Notes: generated by a model not told the origin, from the sequence alone. DNA of 64,000 nucleotides from the human T2T-CHM13v2.0 reference genome, Homo sapiens (GCF_009914755.1 NC_060928.1), one strand, 5' to 3'. Positions 28,563-41,899 are shown, numbered from the stretch's first letter. Numbers and translations: made by a program.

Positions 28563-29047
28563 TGTAAGTACATTTATGTGTTACCTTGTGCCAGGATATG
28601 CCCCAGTATTTGATCGAATATTATTCTGTGTGTAACTGTCAGGGGCTTGTTGATGAGATTAGCATTTGAATCAGTAGATTCAGCAGATGGCCCTCCCTAA
28701 TGTGGGCCTCATCCAATCAGTTGAAGGCCTGGATGGAACAGTCTGAGGAAGACAATTTCTTCTCCCTATCTATCTTCATGCTGAGACATTGATTTGCTTT
28801 CCTGCCTTCAGACTCAAGTGGAAATACAGGATCCTCCTGGTTCTCAAGGCTGTTGACTTCTCAGACTGGAACTATGTCATTGGCTTTCTTAGTTCTCAAG
28901 TCATCAGATGGGGACTGGAACTATGCCACTGCCACTCCTGGGCCTCTAGCTTGCTGAGTACAGATTCATCACTGCTTGAGTCAATGCCTTGAAATAAACA
29001 AATAAATCCATCTCATTGGTTCTGTTTCTCTGGAGAATCTTAATACA
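28563..29047 (+). mobile_element. MLT2 (ERVL) solo LTR
   Basis: GATGAGATTAGCATTTGAATCAGTAGA; GGGCCTCATCCAATCAGTTGAAGGCCTG; ATTGGTTCTGTTTCTCTGGAGAATCTTAATACA end. Confidence 0.85.
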
Positions 29048-29174
29048 TTCTGTATTCTAATATAAATTGAATTCAAAAAAATGCGACTAAAATTCATTTA
29101 AGTGAAGAAAATTGAAAATGTATAATTTGACTTTCACTCATTTTTTACATTTATATTTTTATCATGTGTTTAGT

Positions 29175-30625
29175 AATCATTAATTAATTACTTATTGTGA
29201 GTACTGTGTGCTAATAATTGTTCAAAGCACATGAGATGGTATAGTAGCGAACCAAAGATCCCAGCCGTCATAGAGCTAAGTTAAACAGTAAATAACAAAA
29301 ACAACATATAAGTAAGTTATTTGTATATTGGAAGGTGATAAATCATTTTGTGAAAAAGAAAAATATAGGGAAGTTGAAGGGGTCAGGAGTGCTGAGGGCA
29401 GGCGTATTTAGACATTTCACACAGTGGGTAGAATGGTCTTCACTAAGAAGATGACTTCCCTGCAAACCTTAAAGGAGTGTGAAGGTTCGTTACACAAATA
29501 CCTTGGGAATAATATACCAGATAGAAGAGCCAATTTAAAGGTTCTAAGGTGAAACATGCCTAGAATATTCGAGAAAGAATGAGGAGGCCAATGCATCTTG
29601 GGCCTGAATGATCTCATTTGGAGGTGAAATAGGATAAAGCCAGAGCAGTAACAGGGGAAGCGAGCTCATGGGCCTTGCTGACCAGTGTTAAGAAATAAGC
29701 TTTTGCACAGAGTGAAATGGGAAGTTATTCCCAAGGCTTGAAAGCAGAGGAATGATGTATTTAGTGATTGCTTTAAAAAGAACACTCTGGCTGCTGTCTT
29801 GCAAATAGGCTGGAGGAAGGAAAGGGTAGACGCAGTTAGCACGGCTGGAGGTAATGGCAGTAATCCAAGCAACAGATGAGGGCAAAGCAGAGGAGGCTGA
29901 CTGCAGTAGATGTGGTGAGAAATGCCTGGATTCCAGGTATTACTCAAGATATTTCCTGGCAGGAAGAAGATGGGCTGTAAGAAGGGTCAAGGGAGATTCT
30001 GCCAAATTGTTAGCTTGAGCAACTGGCAAGTGGATTGTCATCAATGAGTATAGGTAAGATAGTGGATAGGATAAATTGGGAAGAACAGGAGTGAAATTAG
30101 GGGATTGTTTGTTTGTTTGTCTATTAGAAAACCAAGATGGAGTAATCAAGAATGCTGCTGGATATGAGTTTAGAATTTGGGAATAAGATGTGCTTGGATT
30201 AAACATGTGAGAGTTATCCCACAGATGGGACACGCTCCTGAATGTGTCCCCTTTGCTATGCCTCCCTGGGATGCCCTTCCTACTTCTTCTTCAAAAGCCA
30301 CGAAACTTAAACAGATTTTCAAGGGAGTCAGTGAAGACACTGAGAAAACAGGATGTGGACCTCATCTTTAGGAATAAAAGGAGAAACCAGGAAAGAAAAG
30401 TGGAAAACAACAACTAGAGAAACACGAGGAAACTCAAGAGAATGGGAACTTACTGGAGATAGAACCTGAGTGAAGTAAGTGTGAGGAGAAGAGTAAGACA
30501 TTGTCAGATGTTGCTGGCAGGCCAAGCAGGAGGAGGAGCAAGAAACGACCACTGAATTCAGCAACGTGGGGCTCACGGGCAACTTTTATGAAGCAAGTTA
30601 GAGGAACAGTGGGATTGAACCTTAA
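29175..30625 (-). mobile_element. LINE-2 (L2a-like) 3' ~1.4 kb
   Basis: Antisense L2 phrases throughout (GAACACTCTGGCTGCTGT; GCTTGAGCAACTGGCAAG; CCACTGAATTCAGCAACGTGG). Confidence 0.8.
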
Positions 30626-31353
30626 TGAATTATGTTTAAGTGCCATGTATACATTCCCATCATCTCTTTTAACTTATGACAATTACACCAAAAGATTTTA
30701 GAAGTCAAATTAAATTTAAGAGTATCTTGTTTCTTGCCTGGGCTTCTTGACTTTTAGATGTGTAAAAATAGCCAATATAGATGTATTCTACTTCCAATGT
30801 ACTTGGGAACATTTCTTAAATAAAAGAAAATAAAGTGGAGGACTGTTTTCTAGTTGTAGAGTTTGCATTTGCATTATGTAATAAAGAGTACAAGCACTAT
30901 CTTCTATTAAAGATCTCCCTATGAACCTATGAGGTCCCTAAATCTCTGACATTAATTCCATTCTCCTACATGTTCCTAGATGATATGACTATGCTTTAGC
31001 AAGTTGTTACTGAATTGAGTGGTGATTGATACGTTATGTCCAATAATCTCCACTATTAGATCAATCTGAGTACTTTATTTAGGTGGCTAGTGGGAGCTGC
31101 GTGAAACAGGACAGAGACAGACATAAGCAACCTGAGAGTGGAAAAGAGCAGGGCACTCCTAAATATGGCCATGGATGTCTACAGCATCAAATATGTCATA
31201 AAAACAAGAACAATCATAATTTGATTTGAATGTAGTAATTATTACTATCACATAAACTTATGTATAAAACTAGCTAAATCTAATCCCTTGATATCTTATA
31301 ATGCGCCATCTCAATATATGAGCTACAAATATTAAAGTGATAGTTCTGGTCCT

Positions 31354-31707
31354 CAGCAGTCCCCCCAAACTTTTTGCCTTTTTGGCACCACGGACCAGTT
31401 TCATGGAAGATAATTTTTCCATGGATGGGGGGTGGGGGTAGGGGGTGTGGTGGGGGGAGGGTATGGTTTCCTGATGAAACTGTTCCATCTCAGATCATCA
31501 GGCATTAGTTAGATTCTTATAAGGAGCACACAACCTAGATCCGTCCCATGCACAGTTGACAACAGGGTTCGCGCTCCTATGAGAATGTACTGCCCCAGCT
31601 GAGGTGACAGGAGGCAGAGCTCAGGCAGTAATGCTAGTTAGCCCACTGCTCACATTTGCTGTGCAGCTGGTTCCTAACAGGCCATGGACTGGTACTGGTT
31701 AGTGGCT
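31354..31707. mobile_element. MER1B (hAT-Charlie)
   Basis: TTTTTGGCACCACGGACCAGTTTCATGGAAGATAATTTTTCCATGG; CAGATCATCAGGCATTAGTTAGATTC; GGTTCCTAACAGGCCATGGAC. Confidence 0.9.
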
Positions 31708-34062
31708 TTCCTATATCTTAAATATATGAAAGGATCATTATTTTTAATGTCCTTCAATACCACATGGCATAATTCCTAAATGTCAAAACAATCAAACCAC
31801 TGTTTAGGATGATGATTATATTTTTTGTGATATAAATACCAAAAAGCAGATTTAAGCACTGATATAATAAATCAAATCAACTCGAATGGGTAAAAATCAT
31901 TTAAACAGATGGTTTTTCCAAATTCTATTTTATTCAGTAAATATAAATTATGCTTACTAGAAAGTTCAGGACTAATTGATTCTTTTTTACAAGTTCATAA
32001 AACAAAGTTGAATCTGTTCAACTCACCATCTCAAGACCATGTTTGTTTGTGCAAAATAAAGTACCCCATTTTAATTCTACCTAATTATATGTTTTGCAGT
32101 TCCATAAATATGTTTTTTCAACAATGCTTCTAAAACATTACTTTCTTGGGAATATAGGTGTACTTTTAAATATCATAAAATTTTTGGGCTTGCTATAGTT
32201 TATTTCATATTTAAAATAATATATTTTCTATATTAATTGCTCTAAGATGACTTTATTTGGATATATTAAACAGAAAAGAACTTCTAAAGATGTAAATTTA
32301 ATATGTTTTCTAAGTATTTTATTATTCACTAAATTAAATTCATGCCTTTAAGTTTCTCTCTGAAAACCCCCATCTTTCTTTCTTTGCTTCACTGAACACC
32401 CTACAGCTTCCCAAAGGGAAAAATAAATAAAGGCTCTAATAATGAGTAGTTTCCCAAGGCACATCTTGTCTTGATTTGGAATACTTTTAATGAAGGCAAG
32501 AATAATCAGTCTCCACTGTGTTTATCAAAACTTTGGAACTTTGCAGTACACTTTTTTTCTTTGAAATATATAAATGATTGCATAGGCTTTCTGTTCAAAT
32601 CGGTAAAGTTTCTTTTAACTATTTGAATGATATGTTTTGACAAAGAGTCTCCAATGCTTTAATTTAAAGGCAGGTTTATGATCAATAATGGATACGATTA
32701 TGATGAGTGAAGGTTTACTGATTTCCTTCTTTGCTTGTCACCCAGGGCTCTGTGAGTGGTTTCCTGTCTCTATCACACTTGTCTAGTTAGAATGTATTTT
32801 AACTCTTCTCCCCCCATGTCTAATTCTGTAAGGGCTGAACACAAAATTAGGCATATGTGAAATTTTGGTTAATTTTATTTGTTGTTATTCATTATAATGT
32901 GATTTATTTCATTTACAAGGTTGTTCAGGAAGAGGGCAGCAAATTGGACAAATCTTTGAGTTATACACCTATGTAAACAAATACAAGAATATTTTAGGCT
33001 ACTCACAATACCAACCTGAGATTAGTTGAACCCTTAAATCCAACTGCAGTGAAATAGAAACTATAGTGAAGAATAGACGTCTAGTAAAGTGAGGAAATAA
33101 AACAAATAAAATCATTCCCAGATTTCTCAACTGATCTGTCTTGAAATACTTGGAACGCAACCTTTTTCCTCTGTGTGTTACATGACCCCTTTTTGATAAA
33201 TTAGGTTAATTTAAAACATAGAATTACCTTATCATCAAATAACACATCTAGAAAAAATGTTGAACAATCATCCATCCAATCAATTATTTCATCTTCATAT
33301 CTAAAATACTCAAAACTTATTATTTAAAAAAATTCCTCAAGAAAAGTGCTTGAAAAAGAAATTTATTTTTAAACAATTGGAATTCTTTTGTGTTACATGT
33401 GTATGCATGTATGACATCACATTCTCTATAAAAGTCATAATCAAATTATTGAAGGTAATTAAATGGTCATCTTGAAAAAGATGTTTGTGTATCATTCTTG
33501 ATCTATGCTCATTTATTTTTACAATTTACATAGGTACTGAAGTGGAGATTAATGTGGCTTAATAAGGATTATTTTTTATCTTCTTAAGTTAGATTCACTC
33601 TGCTGTTTACCTGTTATTAGTAAATCGTCTCCCCCAAAACAATGACAAACAACATCTGTAATGACATTGGCAAATAATTAACCTTATATGGGAAATATAA
33701 TTTATTTAATAATTGTTAATGTTAATTTAATAAAGTTAATTGTATGTCATTAATTTTTACTAGACATTTTATATAAACTATCAAATGTAATTTTCAAGTT
33801 TTCATATGATAAAGCTTAATTAACATCACATTTTAAAAATGAATCTGAAGATTAATTTATTAAAATAAAATCTGCAACATTATTTATAGGAAATACTGGA
33901 ACTGAAATATAAATTCACAGTAAACTGAGTTCAAAAATTTATGAATGTTTTTGCTATGTTGTCATATCTCTATTAAAGTACTTATAACTACAAGATGTGG
34001 ATAATTTCAGTAATCACATACTGCAATGGCTCAGTCTGAATAAATAATCTACATTCACCAGG

Positions 34063-34439
34063 ACTACACCGTGCAGTAGTAACCGGTATCCACATGTGGC
34101 TATTGAATATGGCTAGCTGAACTGGGACGTGCTGTAAGTGATGTAAAATACATGCTAATTGCAAAGTCTTGGTTCATAAAAATAAAGCAAAATATAATTA
34201 ATATTTCAGATTGGATACATAGTAAAATAATATTATATTTAGATATGTAGAGTTAAATAATATATAATTAAAATTAGTTTTCTCTTTTTTGTAATTTATT
34301 TAGTTTTGAAACTAGTTTTAAAATTTAATTTATTTAAATTTAAAGAAATTCTTAAATTTAAGAAGATACATTTAATTAAAAATTATACATATGACTCATA
34401 TATGTGTGGTTCACATTCTATTACTGTTGGACAGCTCTG
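34063..34439. mobile_element. MER33-like (hAT-Charlie)
   Basis: CCACATGTGGCTATTGAA...GTGCTGTAAGTG..TAAAATAC; TGTTGGACAGCTCTG end. Confidence 0.75.
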
Positions 34440-36145
34440 TTCTACATCACTTTTGTTTGCAATAAATGACGTTATTAATGACAACAATGCTGAATGAAAA
34501 ATCATAATGGAGAATACAAAAATTACACACATTCGAGAAAAATACCTGTCAACCTTTTAAGTTTCTTATACATGATAAGATCTCTTGAGGTTTCTATTTC
34601 ATTTTCCCTGGGACCTGGGGGAACCACACTCATTATATGCATCACGTGCAGTGACAGGTGTAGTTACAGCTGCAAAAAGATCTCCTTTTATATCTCAATT
34701 TCCATGTTCTGAGAATGAAGAATATTTCACCTTTCATCTGGAAATTTGCCATTACATAGCCTCAGGCCAAAAGCTTTATTTAAAAAAAAAAAATTCGTAA
34801 AAATTGTCATGAGTGGCAAAGACACACTTTTTTTTCCTTTGCCAAACATTCCGAATAAATTTACTTTATTAAGTAAATTAAAATTATGAATATATAAAAT
34901 ATTCAATAAGGACAATAAATTTTTTACAATGACATGCATTATATTTCTATCCCAGATGTGATTTACATCATCGATCAGTAGTATCTCAATTATTCAAAAT
35001 GAGAAGAGGAAAGCATGCCGTGAATTCCCATTAGAAATCTTAAACAGTTAATCATGAGCTCTTTTTACTTAAGATGATAAAGATCACCCTTTGACTTAGC
35101 TTATTATTTTTGTCTTTCTGTCCATAATTTACTAGTTGTTTATGAGAAGCCAGGCTTGGAAATTTTGCTTCGGGGCAAGCAGTTGTGGAAATTATTCTGC
35201 CCTCTAGAAATCCTGTGTTTTTTTTTTCTTGCATGATGGGAAGCTCCTAATGATAAGTGCTGGCTTGAGAAACCCATAAAAATCTTTGTTCATTTGAAAT
35301 AGCTACAAGCTTTTAGGGGTCTTTGTTGTTCAGTGTCTACTGGATTATGGAAGTTGTAAGAGGGAATAGACAAAGTCTCAGAAGTCTTAGTAGTATTTTA
35401 TCTTATAGGGATTGGGGTGTCACATATAGACAAAGGTGTAAGGTTTCATCAGATAGTCTAAGAATTACTAAGGATTATGAGCTTAACCACAGACAGGATT
35501 TATACAGGTATTCATATAATGTATTTATTGAGTTGTTGTTTATTATGCGTTTTAGTCATGCTAAGTACTGGGAGATAAAAAGGTGAAAATCTAACAGTCA
35601 CAATTTTTATTTCTAGAAGGATAGTAACTTGAAAGATTTTCTCAATCAAAATTAATAAATGATGAATAAAATTCAGCCAAAAACTTTGTAATCCACAAAT
35701 GAGCTAACAAAATATAAATGAAATGCAATAACTAAATCAAAGAGAAAAACATAACCCTAGGAGATAAGAGAGCACCAAGGCTAATATTAACCCTGAGGGT
35801 TTCTGTTCTTTAGTAAGAATAAATTATATGGTCACACTTTTCTTTTTCCATTTTATCACAATGACTGCGGAATATACTTGAAAAGCAACATGTTGACATA
35901 ATTAAAATGACATTTTTCATTAAGAACATCTTTATATCAAGCAGTGTCCATTAATATAGTAATCAGCCAAGTGCAGTGTTTCTCTAAATATTCCTTTCCA
36001 TTTTATATGTTTAAAAATACCTAGCAGCGTAAAAATAACAAGTCCTGAATTTTGCCTCCAGAAGGATTATGTTTCAGCCCTCAGACACATAATATGGAAT
36101 AAAGAATTTTAGATGATATGAGTCACCAATGTCAATCAATTTTAG

Positions 36146-36525
36146 TGATATGGTTTAAATATGTCCCCCCCACCAACACACACACAATTCATACATTGGA
36201 AAGTTAATCTCCAATGTAATAGTGTTGATATGTGGGACCTTAAAGAGGAGATTAGATCATGAGGATTTTGTCTTCATGAATGAATTAATGCCATTATTCT
36301 GGGAGTGGGTTTCCTATAAGAATATGAGTTTGACCCCTTTCCCTTTCTTCTTTGCCCATGTGATGCCTTTTGCCATGTTACGATGCAGCAATAAGGTGCT
36401 CAACAGATGCCAGCTCCTTGCACTGACTTCTCAAATCTCCAGAGCTGTGAGAAATAAATATCCATTGTTTATAAATTACCCAGTGTGGGGTATTCTGTTA
36501 TAGCATCACAAAGTGGACTAAGACA
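36146..36525 (+). mobile_element. MSTD-like MaLR solo LTR
   Basis: TGATATGGTTTAAATATGTCCCC ... ATAAATTACCCAGTGTGGGGTATTCTGTTATAGCA..GGACTAAGACA. Confidence 0.85.
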
Positions 36526-36762
36526 CCTAAATAGATGATGCCACTAAAAATACATAAAAATGATGTTTGGAAACTCTTGAATTCATATGAGTGAGCATTG
36601 TTAAGGGAATAAGGGAGGTCATAACATACAGAAACCAGTAACAGCCAGACACTGTTAACACCCCTAGGGCTGATGTAGTAAGTAAGGAAATAACATAGCT
36701 TTTGCACATAGAAAGGGGGACACTGAGTAGGACCTTAGTCTTGGTGTGATGCTATCAACAGA

Positions 36763-37078
36763 GGCGAAGTGGCTCATGCCTGTAATCCCAGCACTTTGGG
36801 AGGCCGAGGTGGGTGATCACCTGAGGTCAAGAGTTCAAGACCAGCCTGGCCAATATGGTGAAAGCCCATCTGTACTGAAAAAAAAAAAAAATTAGCTGGG
36901 AATGGTGGTGCACACCTGTAGTGCCAGCTACTTAGGAGGCTGAGTCAGGAGAACCACTTGAACCCAGGAGGCGGAGGTTGCAGTGAGCCAAGATAGCACC
37001 ATTGCACTCCAGCCTGGGCAACGGAGAGAGGCTTTATCTAAAAAAAACAAAAAAAAAACAAAAAACAAAAAACAAAAA

Positions 37079-37080
<2 letters not shown>
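36763..37080 (+). mobile_element. Alu (AluSx-like)
   Basis: Dimer with GATCACCTGAGGTCA; expanded middle A-tract; (AnC) tail. Confidence 0.95.
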
Positions 37081-37121
<41 letters not shown>

Positions 37122-37125
37122 CACA
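37080..37125 (+). repeat. (CA)n microsatellite at the Alu tail
   Basis: CACGCACACACA... about 20 units, read directly. Confidence 0.95.
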
Positions 37126-37334
37126 GACCACCAAACAGAAACAAACTTTCCCCTTAAATACTGTGCTACACTGAGTGAAGTGATGAAGTGATGCCTTGTT
37201 TTCTTCTATGTAGAAACCAAATATTAAAATAAGAAGCCCAAGTAAACCAATGTTCTATGCCAGACAGAACAATGAATTTCTTATTGTCTGTGCTTCTTAT
37301 ATTAGATAAGAAATTTGTGGTATTCCATCAGTAG

Positions 37335-37860
37335 AAATTCATGCTGAAATGTATTAAAAATTTACAAGGCACAGTAGGTATAATGAGGTTATTAAAATGA
37401 GTAAAATGTGGTCCCTTTTCTCAAGGATTTTATTTGAGGGGAAATAACACATATTCAATAATGTCAGACACAATGTAAGTATTGAAAGAGATTTAATCAC
37501 ACTATTGGTAAAAGCATATAAAAAGATAATTTATTTCTGAATGGAAGTATCCAGGGAGGCATCAGAAAAAGCTAGTTTTTGAGTAGAGAATGAAAGTCAG
37601 AATCAGGGGAATGGATTATTCTACGGAGAGGGAGTAGCATGTGAAAAATAATCTCAGAATAATACAAGTAAGTCAGGAGAGGTTCAGGTATTTTAATATC
37701 TAAATCAGAATATGGGGTACTTTTCCCCCTACCAGAAGATAAAACCAGAAATGGAAGTTGTGGCCATATTTTAATAGACCTGAACATTATATTTAGAAGT
37801 TTGTTGGGAATAATGAAATTCTTTAAAGGTCTATAGTGTAGCAGTGATATCAGAATGATT
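37335..37860 (-). mobile_element. LINE-2 fragment
   Basis: AAAATGTGGTCCCTTTTCTCAAGG; CCAGGGAGGCATCAGAA; GCAGTGATATCAGA. Diverged. Confidence 0.5.
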
Positions 37861-37949
37861 AAATAATTTATTATCACTTCTAATTCTTACATTATTTAAA
37901 AATTATTTTAAATTACTTATTATATTCTAATGAACAGTGAGAAAGTATA

Positions 37950-38345
37950 TGATATGGTTTGGAACTGTGTTCCTATCAAATCTCATGTCAAATTATAGTC
38001 CCCAGTGTTGGAGGTGGGGCCTGCTGGGAGGTGGTTGGATCATGGATCATGAATGGTTTCGCGCCATCCTCTTGGTACTGTGCTCACAACAGTGAATGAG
38101 TTCTTGTGAGATCTGTTCATTTATAAGTGGGTAGCACCCCTCCACCTCTGCTTTTTGCTCCAGCTCCTACCATGTGAGATGCCTGGCTCCCCCTTTGCTT
38201 TCCACCGTAATTGGAAGCTCCTTGAGGCCTCCCCAGAAGCAGATGCCGCCATGCTTCCTGCACAGCCAATTCAACCTCTTTTCTTATAAATTACCCAGTC
38301 TCAGATATTTCTTTATAGCAATGCAAGAATGACCTAATAAATACA
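37950..38345 (+). mobile_element. MSTA/MSTB MaLR solo LTR
   Basis: TGATATGGTTTGG ... GAGGCCTCCCCAGAAGCAGATGCC ... TTACCCAGTCTCAG..ATACA; perfect 5-bp TSD GTATA. Confidence 0.92.
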
Positions 38346-38558
38346 GTATAAAATAAACTAGAAATGCTTGAGTAGGAAAACATTACGCACAAAAATATGA
38401 TTTAATTATTTGTAATATAAATGCATGTCATAATGCTTGCACCAAAAATAGTATGTGCCAGTAACATATTTGTTATTGAAAACTTCATTACTAGATGTTG
38501 AAATGCTTTTGAAACAATGGTATTTTTCCGTAATACGGAGACACCCCCACATGTGCCT

Positions 38559-39152
38559 TGTAGACCAAAAAGTATCTGAGACAAGCCTCAATCAATTTAG
38601 AAAGTTTATTTTGCCAAGGTTAAGGACCACTCCCATGACACAGCCTCAGGAGGTCCTGATGACATGAACCCAAGGTGGTTGGGGTACAGCTTGCTTTTAT
38701 ACGTTTTAGGGAGCCATAATACATCAATCAATATATGTAAGATTTACATTAGTTCAGTCTGAAAGGGAGGGACAACTCGAAGTGGGGGGCAGAGCTCTTC
38801 CAGGTCATAGGTAGATTTAAACATATTCTGATTGGCAATTGGTTCAAACAGTTATTATCAGTAGCAAAGAATATCTGGGTTAAGATAAGGGATTGTGGAG
38901 ATCAAGGTTTTCTCATGCATATGAAGCCTCTAAGTAGCCGGCTTCAGAGAGAGTAGACTGTAAATGTTTCTTAACAGATTGAAGGTCTGCGTTGATGTTA
39001 ATGCTGGAGGTGTATAAGGAGGCATGGCTGACCCCCACTTCCTATCTTGGCCTGAACCAGTCTTTTAGGTTAAATTTTAAAGTGCCCTGGCCAAGGAGGG
39101 AGTTCATTCAGATGGTTGTGGTGGCATCTTTGAGTTTTATTTTTTATTTAAA
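38559..39152 (-). mobile_element. MER4B/D-like ERV1 solo LTR
   Basis: TGTAGACCAAAAAGTATCTGAGACAAGCCTCAATCAATTTAGAAAG; CAGCCTCAGGAGGTCCTGATGAC; CATTCAGATGGTTG. Visibly homologous to 26129-26884. Confidence 0.85.
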
Positions 39153-39965
39153 GCTCTAAAAGATGTAGCAAAATTAAAGTTTGGTGCCATAATTTGTAAA
39201 CTAAAAAAAAAAAAAAAAGCAAATAACAGGTATGTGATTAAAATAGTGATATTCCCAAAAGGAAAAAAGAGACATACAGACATTTACATAATTTCAAATA
39301 TTCATAAAACCAACACTAACATATACAATACCTAGGTTAAAAAATTAACTGAATTAATACTTCAAGCTGTTGCTTCTCAGACTTTTATTGTGCATAAGCA
39401 TCTTTTTTTAAGACACAGGTTCAGATTCAGGAATCTGTAGCAAAGCCTGAGATTCTCCCAGGTGCTTCTGCAGGGGCTGCTGCTGCTATTAGTCAAAAGG
39501 CTGCTCATGGATGTCAAGTCTCCAGACAACCTCCTTCACCCCTTTCTGTATTACCCTCCCCGCTCACTAGAATTAACTATAATGCTCAATTTTGTTTTGA
39601 AGAGGACCTTGATTTTCCTTACATCTTAATACCTAAATATGTATCCCAAAACTTTGTATGGGCATATGTATTACATTTTATCTACCAGTTTCAAAACTTG
39701 CTTGTGGAAAATTAGGTTTTTTATTACTTAATATTTTAGAGGTTTACTTATAGCTAATTATAACTGGTCCATTTATTATCCTGCTGCATATTATTCCATT
39801 ATATGATTATACTGCTACAATTTATCTGTTTGTCTTTTGCCAGCATATATAAAGCCAACAATAGTATTACTTCTGTTATGAAAATTCTTATGTGTATGCC
39901 CAGAGGCTTGTGTGCAAGAGTTTCTTTGGAGTATGTAAGGGGAGGAAAATGACTGGACCACAATA

Positions 39966-40345
39966 TGATATGGAACCTGACTCAATTTTTGATGTTTTGG
40001 CGCTGACAGCTTTTAAGCCTCATCTCTTTCTGTTCCTTTCTGAGCAAGCTAATAAGAAAGAACTGGTGCTTTCTCCTTTGGCGCTTCTGGGAAGTTCAAA
40101 CCTTGACCCTGGCCCCACCCGCTAAACCCCACAAAAATCCCAAATTAGTTTTGTTTCTGTGTGCACTTAAGTTATTTTTGGATCAGCTTGGAAAGTCTGT
40201 CTTGTGTCTCCCAAAATGTCTCATTATATGAATAAGAAAACTTTGCCTATTTTCTCGGGTATGTGTGTGGGTGACATTATCAGTCTTAACATCTGAACCA
40301 TATTTTGGAACATATCCGGGTTCAATCCTCAAGATGGCCATAACA
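39966..40345 (+). mobile_element. LTR47-like solo LTR
   Basis: TGATATGGAACCTGACTCAATTTTTGATGTTT..GCTGACAGCTTTTAAGCCTCA; GCAAGCTAATAAGAAAG; TG..CA termini. Confidence 0.65.
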
Positions 40346-40804
40346 CATAGGGTAAGTAAGAAATTTCAAGTTTACCAGGTAGTGTCAAATTATTTTCTAA
40401 AAAGTTTGTGACAATTTGTAATCCAGTCAGCAGAGGATGAGAAGTCTCATTTCTTCATGTACTTTCCAATGCCTGATACTGTTAAACTTTTAATATAAGT
40501 GCACCCAGTGATTACAAATTGGATCTCATCGAGTTTTTATTTTTAATTTCCTGAATTAATACTGAGGTTGAAACATTATTTTTGTGTTTCTTCATCACAC
40601 GAATTTGTTAGTATTCTTTATTCTCTGAAATATCTATGAATACTTTGCCTCTTTTCTTTTAAATCTAATTAGTATTGCCTTGTAGGAATTTTAACTATAT
40701 TATAAATATAAATATATTATAATTTTAAAATTAATATAATGTGATTATTTTTATCCCATTTAGTATCTATATCCTCTATCAATTTATAGCATTTTTAAAT
40801 TTTT

Positions 40805-40968
40805 AAATTTTTTTCATTTTTTTAAAGACAGGTTTTCACTCTTGCCCAGGCTGGAATGCAGTAGCACAATCATAGCTCATTGCAGCCTCGAACTCCTGGG
40901 CTCAAGTGATCCTCCAGCCTCAGCTTCTCAAAGTGCTAGAATAACAGGCATGAGCCACCATATGCCAC
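40805..40968 (-). mobile_element. Alu monomer (FRAM/AluJ-like, left/right-arm hybrid)
   Basis: Single arm; TSD-like TTATAGCATTTTT / TTACAGCATCTTT. Confidence 0.88.
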
Positions 40969-41899
40969 CCTTACAGCATCTTTTAGTGAACAGATTTTCT
41001 AATTTTAATGTGGTAAATTTATCAATTTTGTCAGCTTTTTGCATCGTGTTTTTGTATCTATCTCTTCAAAAAGCTTAATGCTTCAATATTACATTCATAC
41101 ATTTAAATGTAAATACTGAAATAATATACCACTTACTAATATGCATATGATGTAAAGAGGAAACAATTGAACCCCTTTCATTTTTTTAGAAATGTTTATT
41201 TAGTAGTCTATCCTTTCCTCATTCATGTGCAATATCATCTCCACCATATAACGTGACCCATGTAAACCTGGAATTGTTGCTAAAGTCTAAATTGGATTCA
41301 ATTAGTAAATTTATCTATCTACTTTGCTTATAAAAATGCTTAGTTACTATATATTTTTAAAATGCTTTGATAGATCTAGTACAGATAATTTTCTTCACAT
41401 TATTTTTGTCTTGAAAGGTGTTATTCTTGGATCTTTATTGTTCCACTTAAAAATGTGAATAAATTCCCCCATGTTTTAAAAATAAACCTTATGTAGAATG
41501 ACACTGAATCTTCAGATACACTTTAATAAGATTTACGTATTTAAGATATAATTTCTATCTCTATTTGTTTAAGTCATATCTATATCTATAATATTATATC
41601 ATCTTTTTCACAGGGCTGATATGTATATTGTATGTCATAATTTGTAATATTATTAAAAGTATCACTTATATTAAATGCTCTCAACTTGTTGCTGTATAGA
41701 AAATCAAATGAGCTTTACATAAAAATCTTAATTCCAGCTATATGTTTTATTTCAAGCTCATCTTAGATAAATCGTCTTGATTTTTGTTCATAGAAAATCA
41801 TGTCATCACCTCTCAAACAATAAAATGTACTTTAGAATATTTTAAAACATGTATTGACCTTATACATTATTATAAATTTTAGTATTTCATTTTTAGTTG

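Larger units (their letters stand above)
39560..41800 (-). mobile_element. L1ME-type fragments interrupted by an LTR and an Alu monomer
   Basis: Antisense L1 3' phrases on both sides of 39966-40345 (GACTGGACCAC | CATAGGGTAAG; TTAATTTCCTGAATTAATACTGAGGTTGA). Confidence 0.6.
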
